DNA from: a virus
Lineage: Duplodnaviria > Caudoviricetes
IMG/VR virus record: IMGVR_UViG_3300049259_000169
Coordinates: 1 to 62,693 of that record
DNA: 62,693 nt
Strand: one strand, 5' to 3'
Shown here: positions 46,029 to 56,312 of the stretch, piece after piece
Numbering within the stretch: the first letter of the stretch is position 1
Layout of the letters: the number at the start of each line of letters is the position of its first letter
Position numbers and translations under genes: made by a program
The notes under the pieces: generated by a model
Told to the model about the DNA's origin: nothing
Databases searched by the model: none
The model's input: the letters and a program-made list of their open reading frames with translations, nothing else

Positions 46029-47699
46029 CTACCTTGCCCTGATGATGAAGTTGACGCCGTAGTACCCGGCCGTGTTGGTCCCGGTGGTGTCGTCCTCAAT
46101 GGCGGTCTGTCCGCCGTGGTCATGGGTGCCCCCGTTGCTGATCGGGTGGGTGTGGTTCGGACCGGCGGCGGCGACTCCACCGGCCGCGCGGTCCACCGTG
46201 CCCGAGGGGTCGCCGGTGTTGCCACCGTGGTCGTGGCTGCCATCGTCGGCGATGTCGTGGCGGTGCCCGAGGGTGATGTGGCTGTGGGCGACCGGGTTGC
46301 GCAGCCCCAGCGCACGGCCCTCGGTGCCGCCCAGAGCCACCTCGGTGCCGACACCGACCGGCTGGCGGTCGCGCAGGTCCGGGAGGACGTTGGTCCCGAG
46401 CAGGGCGTACAGGTCGGGATAGGTGGACGACGAGAACGTCGACCCGTCGCACTTGAGCCAGCCCGACGGGATGCTCGAGATGACCCACGCCACGATCCCG
46501 CCGACCGGGATCGTGCCCCGGCCGACGAACACGGGCGCCTGGAACTCCACCGTCGTGGCGAGTACGCCGGTACCGCCGGCCAGGAAGCTGTCGATGGCGC
46601 CGGTGTCGTCGTACCAGATGATGGTGGCGGAGTCGAAGAACGGGCGGCCGATCTCGATGTGCGCGTCGGAGGCGTCGCCGGTCTGGAGCCACCCGCCGGC
46701 CCACAGTCCCCCGCGCAGGAGAATCGACCCGTCGGTCGCCGAGATCAGGACCGTCTCGTCGCCCGCCGCGTCGAAGGCGAGGAACCCGAGGTTGTTCATC
46801 TTGACTCCGACGTCCGGGTCGGCGTCGGTCTGCACGGTTCCGCCGGTCACGGTCGAGCCGGAGATGTCGGCACCCGCGAAGATGGAGCCGGTGGTGGTCA
46901 GGAAGCCGTCGGAGGAGTCGATGGTGGTGACCGCGACCCCGGAGGCGTCGTAGGCGACCAGGCCGAAGGGCGAGATCACCACGTTCGGAAAGGTGGTGGT
47001 CGGGTTGGAGATCAGCCACGACTGGGTCGCGTCCACCCAGGCGGACCCGTTCCACCGGTAGGGCCGGTTGGTGTCGTCGCTGTCGAACCACGTGTCGTTG
47101 GTGACCAGCACGCGGCCGTTGCTGTCGGGGTCGGTCGGTGGGGTTGCCTGCTGGTAGCGCTTGTTCAGCGACTCGGCCAGGTGGAGGGCGTTCCCACCGT
47201 CCTCGAGCGCCTGGTCGATGTCGTCGCGGACGTCGGGGTGGAGGTCGTCCTCCTCGACGAACCCGGACCGGGTGGCGAACCGCTGCCACTCCCCGAAGAT
47301 GGGCGGCCCGTCCGGGTCGACGGGGTTCGGGGCGTAGTTGCGGACCCGGAAGTACATGGACCCCGGGTCATCGGTGTTCCACATCTGCTGGGTGCCGGTG
47401 CCGTCCTGGCGGGCGATCACCGTGCCGATCCAGGAGAGCAGGATCGGCTCGTCGTCCTCGTCAAGGATCACGGGCGCGTTCTGGCCCCCGGCGCTGACGT
47501 AGAAGAAGCCGTTGAAGGTAGCGACTTCGTCGTTCAGGTCGAGGATGTGCACCGCCTGCGAAGACATGCCGGGGCCCAGCAGGTCGGCGGCCGAGATCGG
47601 CGAGGCGTTGCGGGCCTGCCGGTCGACCCGGCGGGTCAGCAGCCGCAGGGAGTCGTACCCAGTGACGGCAATGGGCCATGAGCTACTGCTGCTCGACAT
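46029..47699 (-). CDS. minor tail/fibre protein with tail-collar domain
   Basis: PVGGIVAW....PSGWLKCDG.....YPDLYALLG...LPDLR and HxH repeats. Confidence 0.85.
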   Translation of the reverse strand: MSSSSSSWPIAVTGYDSLRLLTRRVDRQARNASPISAADLLGPGMSSQAVHILDLNDEVATFNGFFYVSAGGQNAPVILDEDDEPILLSWIGTVIARQDGTGTQQMWNTDDPGSMYFRVRNYAPNPVDPDGPPIFGEWQRFATRSGFVEEDDLHPDVRDDIDQALEDGGNALHLAESLNKRYQQATPPTDPDSNGRVLVTNDTWFDSDDTNRPYRWNGSAWVDATQSWLISNPTTTFPNVVISPFGLVAYDASGVAVTTIDSSDGFLTTTGSIFAGADISGSTVTGGTVQTDADPDVGVKMNNLGFLAFDAAGDETVLISATDGSILLRGGLWAGGWLQTGDASDAHIEIGRPFFDSATIIWYDDTGAIDSFLAGGTGVLATTVEFQAPVFVGRGTIPVGGIVAWVISSIPSGWLKCDGSTFSSSTYPDLYALLGTNVLPDLRDRQPVGVGTEVALGGTEGRALGLRNPVAHSHITLGHRHDIADDGSHDHGGNTGDPSGTVDRAAGGVAAAGPNHTHPISNGGTHDHGGQTAIEDDTTGTNTAGYYGVNFIIRAR

Positions 47700-47702
47700 G
47701 GC

Positions 47703-50699
47703 TCACCCCGCCTCTTCGGCCGCAGCCTCGTCGGCGTCCGGGTCGTTCCCGTCGTTCGGCGCCGCCGACATGGTGACCGCGATCTTCTCGCCGTTCGCGT
47801 CCTGGGTGACGCCGATCGCGTCGAGCTTCTGCCACTGCGCCACGTCGCGGACCCCGCTCGAGGACCGGACCGGAATCCAGACGCCCGGGATCAGCTGGTT
47901 GATGCCCAGGTTGACGTCCGGCGACAGGGTCGAGTTGTCGGGGACGCGCACCACCAGCGGCGCCGGGCCGTAGGTGGTGTAGCGGCCGCCGATGTTGCGG
48001 GTCGCCTGCGCGGTCAGCGTCGCCACCAGGCGCTTGCGGGCCTCGCGAGTGAGGGTCTGCTCGGTGCCGGCGCCCTCGGACTCGCCGTACGCCGAGTCGA
48101 GCATCTCGACGAAGCCCTCGGGGCCGAGGGGGACGTGGTCGGCATCGACGCCGCGGTAGGCGATGCCGTAGATCCCGTTGTTGTTGGTCACCGCCAGCAC
48201 GTTGGCGAGCTCCATCCCGTACTCGGTCACCACCGGCGGGTCGGAGAAGTCGCCGTCGCCCATCTCGGGCAGCCGGCCGACGGGCCGATGGGTGTCGTTC
48301 AGGAGGATCCGGCGCCCGGCAGTGGTGTAGTCGAGGCCGGCGTGCGCGGCGAGGTCGTCGACCTCCTCCCATGCGGTGGACGAGAAGTCCTTGCGGACCC
48401 GGGAGTTCTTGGCGTCGCCGACGTTGTCGAGGATCGTCAGGTAGGGCAGCACGTTCGGGTCGTCGTACGCCAGCGCGTTGAGGATGATCTGCGCACCCCG
48501 GTTCACCACCGTGGTGAGGCCCAGCTGCTCGCCATTGACGACCTGGTAGTTGTCGGCGTACCCCTGGCGCATGATGCGGCGGTAGACGTAGGCCATCACG
48601 TCCTTGAACTCGATCTCGATGCGGTCCTTCGACGCCGCGATCCGGGTGATCGGCCCCTCGAAGACCCGGACGCTGTCCCGGAAGACCACGACCTCGTGCT
48701 GCCACGTTCGCAGCGAACCGAGGAACAGCCGACCCTCGTCGTCCCACTGGTTGATGATCAGGGAGCCGCCGGAGATGTCGTCGCGCTTGCGGTTCCAGTT
48801 GATCGTGGTGAGGGGCTTGAGCTCGCCGATCAGGGTCTCGCCGCCGCGCGCGTAGACGAACGCCCGGTTGGCGCCCATCCCCAGCGGGTCCTGGGGCCGG
48901 CCCGAGGAGATGACCTCGAGACCGGCGCCGGAGCCGGGGGTGCGGGCGGTCCAGAAGTAGGCTTCCTCGGACCAGTCGGAGGTCTTGGCCGTGGTGCCGA
49001 TGGTGCGGACCTGGTAGGCGTAGAGGAACTCGGTCTCGAACGTGCCGGGGTCCATGTCCCAGAACTGGTCGGAGCCCGGGGTGGTCACGTCGCCGAAGAT
49101 GGTCTCCCAGTCGCCCGGGATGCCGCCGAAGACGCGGTAGCGGAAGTCGGCGTGGTGCTGGCTGACCCCGACCTCGGGGTCCCGGAACTTCCACCGGAAC
49201 CGGTTGGTGCGGCTCGCGACGATCGCCGTGCCCTTGTCGGGGGAGAGGATCAGCGGGGGCGTGGTGCTGGCCAGGACGTAGAACGACCGCGGGAACGCCC
49301 ACTCGCCCCAGGCGTTCTGCGCGTCTCGGGTGCGGACCTGCCACTCGTAGAAGGTGTTGCCCTTGAAGGTGCCGGCGTCGATGGTCCACGTCTCGTCGTC
49401 GCCGGTGTGCACGTCGGTGGCGACCCACTCGCCCGCGTCCGAGATCGGGGTCGCGGCCTTGCGGTAGCGCAGCTGCCAGGCGGCCTGAGGGTCGGAGGGG
49501 TCCGGGTCAGAGGCGTTCCAGGTGAAGGTGACGTTCAGCAGTGCCGAGACCTGCGAGTTGTCGGCGGGACTGGTCAGGGCGGGCGCGTTCGGCGGCCGGT
49601 TGGTCCAGAAGTTCGTCGACGTGTAGTCGTGGGAGAGGCGGCCGTTGATGTCCTGGGTGTAGATCCGCAGGTAGTACCGGGTGTTCTGGTCGAGGCCGGT
49701 GATCGTGGCCTTGTCCCGCTCCTCGGACTCGTCGTAGGTGCCGTGCCAGACGGAGTGGTCGGCGAAGTCGCTGGTCTTCGACCGCCAGATCAGCATCCGC
49801 ACGCCACGGGTCGAGTTCGGGTCGTTCGGGGTGCCGCGCACCACCACCTGGGTGGTGGCCTTGGTCGCCAGTCCATCGGCTATCGGGTGGCCGTCGATGG
49901 TGATGCTCGCGGGCGGGACCGGCGGGTTCACGGCCGACCAGGTCAGGGTGACCGAGCCGTGGGTGTCGGCGCCGCTGCTGCCACGGAACGACGCAGCGCC
50001 GAACATGCCCTCGATGTAGTTCGAGCCCCCGGCGCCGCCGACGCCCGGGGCATCCCCGGCCCTGCCTGCGGCTCCACCACCGCCCGGGTAGAACCCGCCA
50101 CCGCCGCCACCGCCGCCGCGTACGTCCGCGGCGTTCGGCTGAGCGCCGCCGCCACCGTCCCCGAGACGGGCCTGCTCTCCGTCGCCACCCCAGTACGCCT
50201 TGCCCAGCTCGGAGGTGCCGCCCTTGCCGGCCTGGTTCTGGGTGCCGCCCGTCGACGCGGCGGTGTCACCGGCTCCAGCGCCGCCACGGGAGCCACCCTC
50301 GCCCTGGCCGGCACCGCCTCGTCCGCCCTCGCCACCGTCGCCCGAGGCCCCGCCGGCACCGCCGGCCACCGCCCGGATGGTCCCGGTGCGCTTGTTGAGC
50401 CGGATCGAGGAGGCGCCACCGCCGCCCCAGCCGCCGGCCGAGCCGCCGTCACCGTCGCCACCACGGCCGCCGCCACCGAAGCACTTCCCGCCGCCGTTGC
50501 GGCCCGAGGGTGCGAACCCCTTGCGTCCGACCTCGATCCAGAGTGCGTCCTGGCCCTTGACCCGGATGGAGCCGGTGACCTTGCCGCCCTGGGTGTTGTG
50601 CGAGTCCCCACCGCGCACGACGACGTCTACGACCTCGACGTCGTCGGGGATGGCCCAGCGAACGCCTTCGCCGGTGTACTCGAACGTGTGGGTGGGGAT
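47703..50699 (-). CDS. large minor tail protein (Gly-rich domain, FN3-like repeats, hub-like domain); apparent ATC start
   Basis: The frame stays open to AGGAG-N6-ATC and encodes PTHTFEYTG...IP..V..V.VVVRGG upstream of the first GTG. Confidence 0.75.
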   Translation of the reverse strand: MPTHTFEYTGEGVRWAIPDDVEVVDVVVRGGDSHNTQGGKVTGSIRVKGQDALWIEVGRKGFAPSGRNGGGKCFGGGGRGGDGDGGSAGGWGGGGASSIRLNKRTGTIRAVAGGAGGASGDGGEGGRGGAGQGEGGSRGGAGAGDTAASTGGTQNQAGKGGTSELGKAYWGGDGEQARLGDGGGGAQPNAADVRGGGGGGGGFYPGGGGAAGRAGDAPGVGGAGGSNYIEGMFGAASFRGSSGADTHGSVTLTWSAVNPPVPPASITIDGHPIADGLATKATTQVVVRGTPNDPNSTRGVRMLIWRSKTSDFADHSVWHGTYDESEERDKATITGLDQNTRYYLRIYTQDINGRLSHDYTSTNFWTNRPPNAPALTSPADNSQVSALLNVTFTWNASDPDPSDPQAAWQLRYRKAATPISDAGEWVATDVHTGDDETWTIDAGTFKGNTFYEWQVRTRDAQNAWGEWAFPRSFYVLASTTPPLILSPDKGTAIVASRTNRFRWKFRDPEVGVSQHHADFRYRVFGGIPGDWETIFGDVTTPGSDQFWDMDPGTFETEFLYAYQVRTIGTTAKTSDWSEEAYFWTARTPGSGAGLEVISSGRPQDPLGMGANRAFVYARGGETLIGELKPLTTINWNRKRDDISGGSLIINQWDDEGRLFLGSLRTWQHEVVVFRDSVRVFEGPITRIAASKDRIEIEFKDVMAYVYRRIMRQGYADNYQVVNGEQLGLTTVVNRGAQIILNALAYDDPNVLPYLTILDNVGDAKNSRVRKDFSSTAWEEVDDLAAHAGLDYTTAGRRILLNDTHRPVGRLPEMGDGDFSDPPVVTEYGMELANVLAVTNNNGIYGIAYRGVDADHVPLGPEGFVEMLDSAYGESEGAGTEQTLTREARKRLVATLTAQATRNIGGRYTTYGPAPLVVRVPDNSTLSPDVNLGINQLIPGVWIPVRSSSGVRDVAQWQKLDAIGVTQDANGEKIAVTMSAAPNDGNDPDADEAAAEEAG

Positions 50700-50708
50700 G
50701 GCGGGCTC

Positions 50709-52082
50709 CTAGTAGTTCCGGGGCGTGAGCGACAGGTCGATGACCGGCACCGCCTCGTCCTCGAGCATGTCGAAGGTGACCACGTACCCGTAGCCGCAGG
50801 AGAGCACCGGCCAGCGGACCGGTGTCGAGTCGTTGGCGAACACCAGGGAGTCGGCGCGACGTCGGTGACCGAGGGAGTCGATGACGTAGATCTCCTCACC
50901 GGGCCCGTCGAAGACCAGGGTGCCGCCGACCGGGATGTAGGACAGGACGAAGTCGCCGATGTAGTCGCACGGATTCTCCTCCGGGTCGAAGTCACCGTCC
51001 GGGTCCGGGTAGAAGCGGACGCGGAGGTTCCGCAGACCCTCCTCGGAGTGCACGGTGATCGTCGGGGCGACCATGCCCCACAGGGGGATGTTCAGCTCCG
51101 GGATCGCCAGCTTGACGCGCTGCCACGTCTCCGGCGGCGTGTAGCACCCGATCGGCACCGACGGCGGAGTCGGCGGCTCGACCATCGCGTTGCACAGCGG
51201 GTCGTAGATGGGTGCCCAGAGGTCGGTGCCGCACTCGACCTCGGTGAACAGGTACGGCTCGGTGGTGTAGAAGCCCTGGATGGCCCCGGGGACCCAGGGG
51301 TTCTCGACATCGGGGTCCAGGTACCCCTGCACGAGTCCCTTCTCGGCCCCGAAGGTGTACGCCGACCCGGCGACCCCGGTGAACTGCACGATCCACATCG
51401 CGCCGCCGCAGCCGCTCATGTTGGTCTTGCGCTGCACGATGGGGCCGGCGTTGAAGACGACGTTGCGCCAGAACCGCTGGTAGTCCCGCAGTACCGCGTC
51501 CACCTCGACGGGCTCGGGGGCGATGTCCCAGGGGAATCCGCCGTCGACGTAGCCGACACCGTCGGTGGTGGGGTCGATCAGGTCCACACCGTCCGGGAGC
51601 ACCGGGCTGGCCGAGAGGAAGCCGAGCTGCTTGCCGAACGAGTTGGTGGTGACCAGCTGGCTGGAGCACAGTGCCCCGAGCAACGCGCGGCGCAGCCAGG
51701 CCGCCCCGTAGTCGCAGGCGTCGTCGTCGGACCCCAGCAGCATGGCCTGGATCACGACCGCCTTGGTGCCGTGGCGGAGCCGGCCCGGGGAGCCGCCGTC
51801 GGTGGTGAACTCGGTGACGGTGGAGCCGCGGGAGGAGTCGTCGAGCCCGTCGATCGAGATCGGGTAGACGCCCCAGAAGTTGCCGGACCGCGGGTCGTCC
51901 GCGTCGTACCAGGGGGCCGGGTCGAACACCGGGGTCGAGTACGGGTCCTGGCCGAGCAGGGTCGGGATGACCTCGTTCTTGAAGGCGGGGTAGAACCACG
52001 ACGCGCGAGCGGCGTACGCCTCCGTGCGCGTGGTGTTGATGATCTCCGTGTCGTCGAAGAACAGCAGACCGTCCCAGCTCAT
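50709..52082 (-). CDS. minor tail protein (Dit position)
   Basis: Follows the tape measure gene; EIINTTRTEAY and APWYD motifs. Confidence 0.8.
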   Translation of the reverse strand: MSWDGLLFFDDTEIINTTRTEAYAARASWFYPAFKNEVIPTLLGQDPYSTPVFDPAPWYDADDPRSGNFWGVYPISIDGLDDSSRGSTVTEFTTDGGSPGRLRHGTKAVVIQAMLLGSDDDACDYGAAWLRRALLGALCSSQLVTTNSFGKQLGFLSASPVLPDGVDLIDPTTDGVGYVDGGFPWDIAPEPVEVDAVLRDYQRFWRNVVFNAGPIVQRKTNMSGCGGAMWIVQFTGVAGSAYTFGAEKGLVQGYLDPDVENPWVPGAIQGFYTTEPYLFTEVECGTDLWAPIYDPLCNAMVEPPTPPSVPIGCYTPPETWQRVKLAIPELNIPLWGMVAPTITVHSEEGLRNLRVRFYPDPDGDFDPEENPCDYIGDFVLSYIPVGGTLVFDGPGEEIYVIDSLGHRRRADSLVFANDSTPVRWPVLSCGYGYVVTFDMLEDEAVPVIDLSLTPRNY

Positions 52083-52090
52083 CCGTCCTC

Positions 52091-54580
52091 CTAGAACAGG
52101 GCCTTGGCGGCGAAGTCGTTGATGACCTCGCGAGCCACGATGTACGGGTTGGGCCCCTGCGTGACGATCGTCCAGCCGGAGGCGTCGACACCCCGGTGAC
52201 CCATGCCCTGGGCGATGGCCGAGAGTGCGCGGACCGAAGGATCGACCATGCCGAGAGGCCGGTTCAGGGGCACGATGGCCTCGGGCCCGTCCTCACCGAT
52301 CCACCGCAGCTGCGGGCCGCTGGTGACGCCACCGAGGCCACCCGAGGCGTTGCCCTTGATGCCGTCGATCGCGCCGTGGATGAAGTCACCGAGGCCGCCG
52401 CCAGGAGCCTTGATCAGCGAGCCGATATCGATGGTCCCGATGGCGGACAGGATCTTGCCCGCCAGCCCGACGAAGCTGGCCGCGATGTCCTCCACGATCC
52501 CCTTCGCGTTGTCCACGATGTCGGTGAACAGGTGCTTGATCTCCGACCAGATGCTGCCGATGGCGTTGCCGATGCGGACCGGCAGCTTACCGAACCAGTC
52601 GGCGATCCGGCCGGAGATGGAGATTGCCCGGTCGACCAGCCGGGAGAACAGAGACGCAGCCCGGCCGGGCAGGTCGGCGAGGAAGGACATGATCTTGCCC
52701 GGCAGCAACGCGAACCAGCGGATGATGCGGCCGACAACGAGGCCCGCGTTGTAGGCGAGGTTGTCGGTGACCCGGTGCCACAGGCCGGGGATCTTGGAGA
52801 TGATCCCCTCGATCTGGCCCGGAAGCCGGCGGAAGAAGCCGACGATCCGGTGGGTGGCGTCGCCGACGACGGAGGCAGCGTGGGAGATGACCCCACCGAG
52901 GTCGTGGAACAGGTCGATCACCTTGCCCCACCCCTCGAGAATCCAGGCAGCCGCCGTGCCGAAGTAGGTCCGGATGGCCTCGCCCACGGTGGACACGATC
53001 GGAGCCAGATCGGTAAGGACGACCAGAACCTTCTCGAAGGTGTCGAACAGGAAGGCCAGGAACTCGCGCGACTCGGGAGTGTCCAGCCTGCCGATGGCCT
53101 CGCCGATGTCGACGATGGCGTTGCCGATCTGCTCAGCGACATCGATCCCGTTGGAGAAGAAGTCCTTGATCGCGTCCTGGTTCTTCGGGTCCGTCAGGTA
53201 CTCGGTGAACCGCTGGAGCTGGTCACCGGCCTCTCGGAACAGGGAGTCGCCGGACCGCTTGCCGGCCGAGAGCAGCTGGGCGGTGGCCTCGATCGCGTCG
53301 TGGATGAACCCACCGATGGCCTTGGCGGAGACGGCCGCCCGGTGGAAGAAGTCGGCGAGCTCGCTCTGCCCCGACTTGCTGTTGGCCCACTCGTTGAAGC
53401 GGTCGGCGGCATCGGTCAGGAAGCCCAGGAACCGCTGGGTGATCGGGATCGCGGCGCGCATGATGCCGCCGATACCGCCCAGGGTGTCCCCAGCGATGGC
53501 CCCCAGCTTGCGCAGGGCGTGGGGGATGAAGTCGGAGAAGGCCGCCATGAACTGCTTGAAGCCGCTGGACTGGGTCATCTCGGCCCAGCCGTCGACGACG
53601 TCACCGAGAGCCGAACCGACCCGGCGGAAGAAGGGGGCCAGCCCGTCTAGCGCCGGCCCAGCCTTGTCGAGAGCCGCGGCGAGCTTGGGCCCGAAGGCTT
53701 CGCCGGCGGCATCCCCGGCCTCCTTGAACTTCTTGATCAGCGGGTTGACCGACTTGAAGATCGTCTTCCGGGTCTGGTCGTCCATGCCGACCAGGGCGGC
53801 GACCACGACCCCGATGCCGACGGCAAGGGGGCCGACCAGCGCGAGGGCCACGGCGCCGATGGCGCCGGCCGCAAAGGTGGCCGAGGCGACCAGCCCGATC
53901 AAGGCGGCGGCAAGCCCGGAGACCAAGGTGGCGGCGGCTCCGAGGACCGTGATCAGGGCGCCGACGCCGACCACGATGCCGACGATCGAGGTGCCCACCT
54001 GGGTGGCGATCTTGGCGAGGTCCATCCCCTCGCCGGAACTCTTGCCGGTGAAGACGCCGACCAGCTTCTCCGCGACCTTGGGTGCCACGGCGCCGAGCCG
54101 GGAGAGGCCCTCGATCGCGGCGCCGATGAAGTTGACCAGGTCGTTGCGGGACCCCTTGCCGAACATCTTCCCGGTCCGCGCGGCCGACCTGTCCAGCTCC
54201 TCGTTCACCAGCACCAGCTTGGAGTGGAAGCGCTGCAGCCAGTTGTGGTCGACCCGGTCGTTGTCCTCGGCGATGGCCTTGAGTCGCTGGAGCCCCATCT
54301 CGAGGCGCTGGGCAGCATCCTTCGTCTGGTCCCAGTCCTTGAGGCCCTTGGCCAGCTCGTCGCGGAAGCCGCCGAGGAAGGTGTCGGCGGACGTGCGGCT
54401 ATTCTTCTTCGACTCCCGGTCGAACCACTCGGAGTACGCCTTGGAGTGCTCCTCCCCGGCCTCCTTGAACTTCGGGGTCATCTTGTCGAGGGCGTCGCCG
54501 ATGTCGTCCGGGACATCGTCGCCGTTGGCGTGCAGCGACACAAAGGCCCGGCCCACGTTCTCACCGCCGAGTCCGAACAC
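52091..54580 (-). CDS. tape measure protein
   Basis: 829 aa, Ala/Gly-rich amphipathic repeats, C-terminal IGEDGPEAIVPL. Confidence 0.9.
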   Translation of the reverse strand: MFGLGGENVGRAFVSLHANGDDVPDDIGDALDKMTPKFKEAGEEHSKAYSEWFDRESKKNSRTSADTFLGGFRDELAKGLKDWDQTKDAAQRLEMGLQRLKAIAEDNDRVDHNWLQRFHSKLVLVNEELDRSAARTGKMFGKGSRNDLVNFIGAAIEGLSRLGAVAPKVAEKLVGVFTGKSSGEGMDLAKIATQVGTSIVGIVVGVGALITVLGAAATLVSGLAAALIGLVASATFAAGAIGAVALALVGPLAVGIGVVVAALVGMDDQTRKTIFKSVNPLIKKFKEAGDAAGEAFGPKLAAALDKAGPALDGLAPFFRRVGSALGDVVDGWAEMTQSSGFKQFMAAFSDFIPHALRKLGAIAGDTLGGIGGIMRAAIPITQRFLGFLTDAADRFNEWANSKSGQSELADFFHRAAVSAKAIGGFIHDAIEATAQLLSAGKRSGDSLFREAGDQLQRFTEYLTDPKNQDAIKDFFSNGIDVAEQIGNAIVDIGEAIGRLDTPESREFLAFLFDTFEKVLVVLTDLAPIVSTVGEAIRTYFGTAAAWILEGWGKVIDLFHDLGGVISHAASVVGDATHRIVGFFRRLPGQIEGIISKIPGLWHRVTDNLAYNAGLVVGRIIRWFALLPGKIMSFLADLPGRAASLFSRLVDRAISISGRIADWFGKLPVRIGNAIGSIWSEIKHLFTDIVDNAKGIVEDIAASFVGLAGKILSAIGTIDIGSLIKAPGGGLGDFIHGAIDGIKGNASGGLGGVTSGPQLRWIGEDGPEAIVPLNRPLGMVDPSVRALSAIAQGMGHRGVDASGWTIVTQGPNPYIVAREVINDFAAKALF

Positions 54581-54589
54581 CTGCCGCTC

Positions 54590-54880
54590 CTACGTGTAGT
54601 CCCCGATGAAGTCCTGGTCGTCCTCCGGCTCGCTGCCCCCGGGGAGAGCGGCGTTCAGGAGGTAGTCAAACTCGGCGAAGGTCGGCTCCGGACCCGCCTC
54701 CCCGCGCAGCTCGCGCTCGTGCTGGTACCAGCGACGCGCGTTCTCCACGTAGAGGATGTTGAGGAGCTTGCGCCACGGCAGCCGCAGCAGGTCCACGGTC
54801 GGGTGCTCGGCGTCGAGCGTGATCCAGTTGGCGTCGGCGAACGCCAGGAGTCGGATCACGCCTTGGTAGGGCGCGCACTC
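54590..54880 (-). CDS. tail assembly chaperone extension, likely reached by -1 frameshift
   Basis: Lies in the -1 frame relative to 54856-55206, overlaps its 3' end and precedes the tape measure gene. Confidence 0.6.
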   Translation of the reverse strand, partial: ECAPYQGVIRLLAFADANWITLDAEHPTVDLLRLPWRKLLNILYVENARRWYQHERELRGEAGPEPTFAEFDYLLNAALPGGSEPEDDQDFIGDYT

Positions 54881-55206
54881 CACTCCTCGAGCATGTCGGC
54901 CAAGATCCCGTCGTCGCCGTGCTCGCCGAACAGGGTCTTGGGTCCGAGCAGGCCGTTCTGGACCATCTGGATGATCCAGTCCTGGTCCTTCGGTTCGATC
55001 ACGGTGGCGAACAGGTCGACGATCGCCGCCAGCTTCTGGATGGGGGGTACGTGCCGTCCGGTGGCCGCGAGCAGCAACAGGGCCTCACCGGCGCCGGGCT
55101 TGCGGTAGTTCACGACGCGGTCGTCGAGGGTGAAGTCGTAGGGGTACTCGAGGTCGATGGCTTCGGCGGTGACGTCAGCGACCTCGCTGGTGAATACCTT
55201 GCCCAT
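54856..55206 (-). CDS. tail assembly chaperone
   Basis: GGAGGAG RBS; ends EEWSARPT; position upstream of the tape measure gene. Confidence 0.75.
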   Translation of the reverse strand: MGKVFTSEVADVTAEAIDLEYPYDFTLDDRVVNYRKPGAGEALLLLAATGRHVPPIQKLAAIVDLFATVIEPKDQDWIIQMVQNGLLGPKTLFGEHGDDGILADMLEEWSARPTKA

Positions 55207-55296
55207 GTCGTGCTCCTCCGTTGGTGGCTGTCCGAGCAGCAGGGTACGGCGGCCGAGCCGTTGCGCGCGCCTGCCCCCGAATCGGGGGGAGGCGCG

Positions 55297-55785
55297 CTAG
55301 TAGAGGGCGAACCGACCCATGGAGGAGTGGGCGCGTGCGGTCTCGTTCCATGCGCGCCGCAGGAACGGGTTGGCGGACTGGCCGCGGACGCGCTGGCGCC
55401 ACCGGGCGGCACCGTAGCCGGGGTTCGCCGGCAGGTAGAGGCCCTCGCCGGCCGAGGCCGCCCCGAACTGGCCGCCGGCCCGCCGGGCGAAGATCATGCC
55501 GGTGCCCTCGTGGACGTAGGCGGCGTAGTCGGTGTTCGCGGAGAACTCGATGTTGTAGCGGCGCAGCGTCACCTGCTGGAGCTCGGACCGGATCGACGCC
55601 TTGAGCGACCCGACCGGGGGCTGGCCGTAGGTCTTGTTCTGCCGCTTGTTCAGCGGCGCCTCGCGGAAGCCGTAGGAGAGCAGCGAGTGCTCGATCGAGC
55701 GCGCCCAGCGACCGAAGGCGCCGGTCGGGGTGAACAGCACCTCGTCGGTGACGACCTTGCCGGTGAGGACGTACGTGAAGCCCAT
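55297..55785 (-). CDS. HK97 gp10-like neck/tail completion protein
   Basis: GSLKASI, YAAYVHEGT and GQSANPFL. Confidence 0.75.
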   Translation of the reverse strand: MGFTYVLTGKVVTDEVLFTPTGAFGRWARSIEHSLLSYGFREAPLNKRQNKTYGQPPVGSLKASIRSELQQVTLRRYNIEFSANTDYAAYVHEGTGMIFARRAGGQFGAASAGEGLYLPANPGYGAARWRQRVRGQSANPFLRRAWNETARAHSSMGRFALY

Positions 55786-55789
55786 CGGG

Positions 55790-56287
55790 TCACTCGATCT
55801 GCATCGCGATGGAGATCGCGCCGCCGTAGAGGTCGCCCTCGGGGCCGATCGGCCGGTAGTTGCCGACCACGAACTGGTTCGCGTCCCACGACGCTCCGGT
55901 GCAGCACGCCAGGGCCCGCTCCATGGAGCCGATGTCCTCCATCTGCCGGGTCGACATGGCCAGCAGCTGGTCGCTGGTGTAGTTCCCGTTCTTGGGGACC
56001 GAGTGGCAGCGCAGGACGCCCATCTCGATCAGGACGGTGCGGCCGTGGGTGGCGTTGTACGGCAGCAGGGACTGGACGCCGGGAGTGTTCGAGGGGAAGT
56101 AGTCGGCCACCCGCGCCCAGGCCAGCTCCTGGCCAACGCCGGCGTACGCCTGGCCTGGGTAGACGCCCGGGATCGGGATGCACAGGCACAGTGGCGGCCC
56201 CTCGGCACCCTCCGGCGTCAGCTGGGCGCAGAGACAGCCCTGGAGGTCGGTGAGCAGCGCGATGATCTTGTCGTCCGGCTCGGGCAT
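55790..56287 (-). CDS. tail terminator-like protein
   Basis: LAWARV, EMGVLRC and PIGPEG..GG; gene order. Confidence 0.6.
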   Translation of the reverse strand: MPEPDDKIIALLTDLQGCLCAQLTPEGAEGPPLCLCIPIPGVYPGQAYAGVGQELAWARVADYFPSNTPGVQSLLPYNATHGRTVLIEMGVLRCHSVPKNGNYTSDQLLAMSTRQMEDIGSMERALACCTGASWDANQFVVGNYRPIGPEGDLYGGAISIAMQIE

Positions 56288-56312
56288 GGTCGCAGTCTCC
56301 CACCCTGAGGGC

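Noticed and set aside
50709-50711. Genome-wide amber recoding
   Set aside because: TAG ends many genes normally, no conserved gene is interrupted by TAG, and no suppressor tRNA was seen.
48135-52094. Very long plus-strand ORFs (also 7-1596, 45378-47681, 57281-59647)
   Set aside because: Antisense shadows of GC3-rich minus-strand genes; no motifs.
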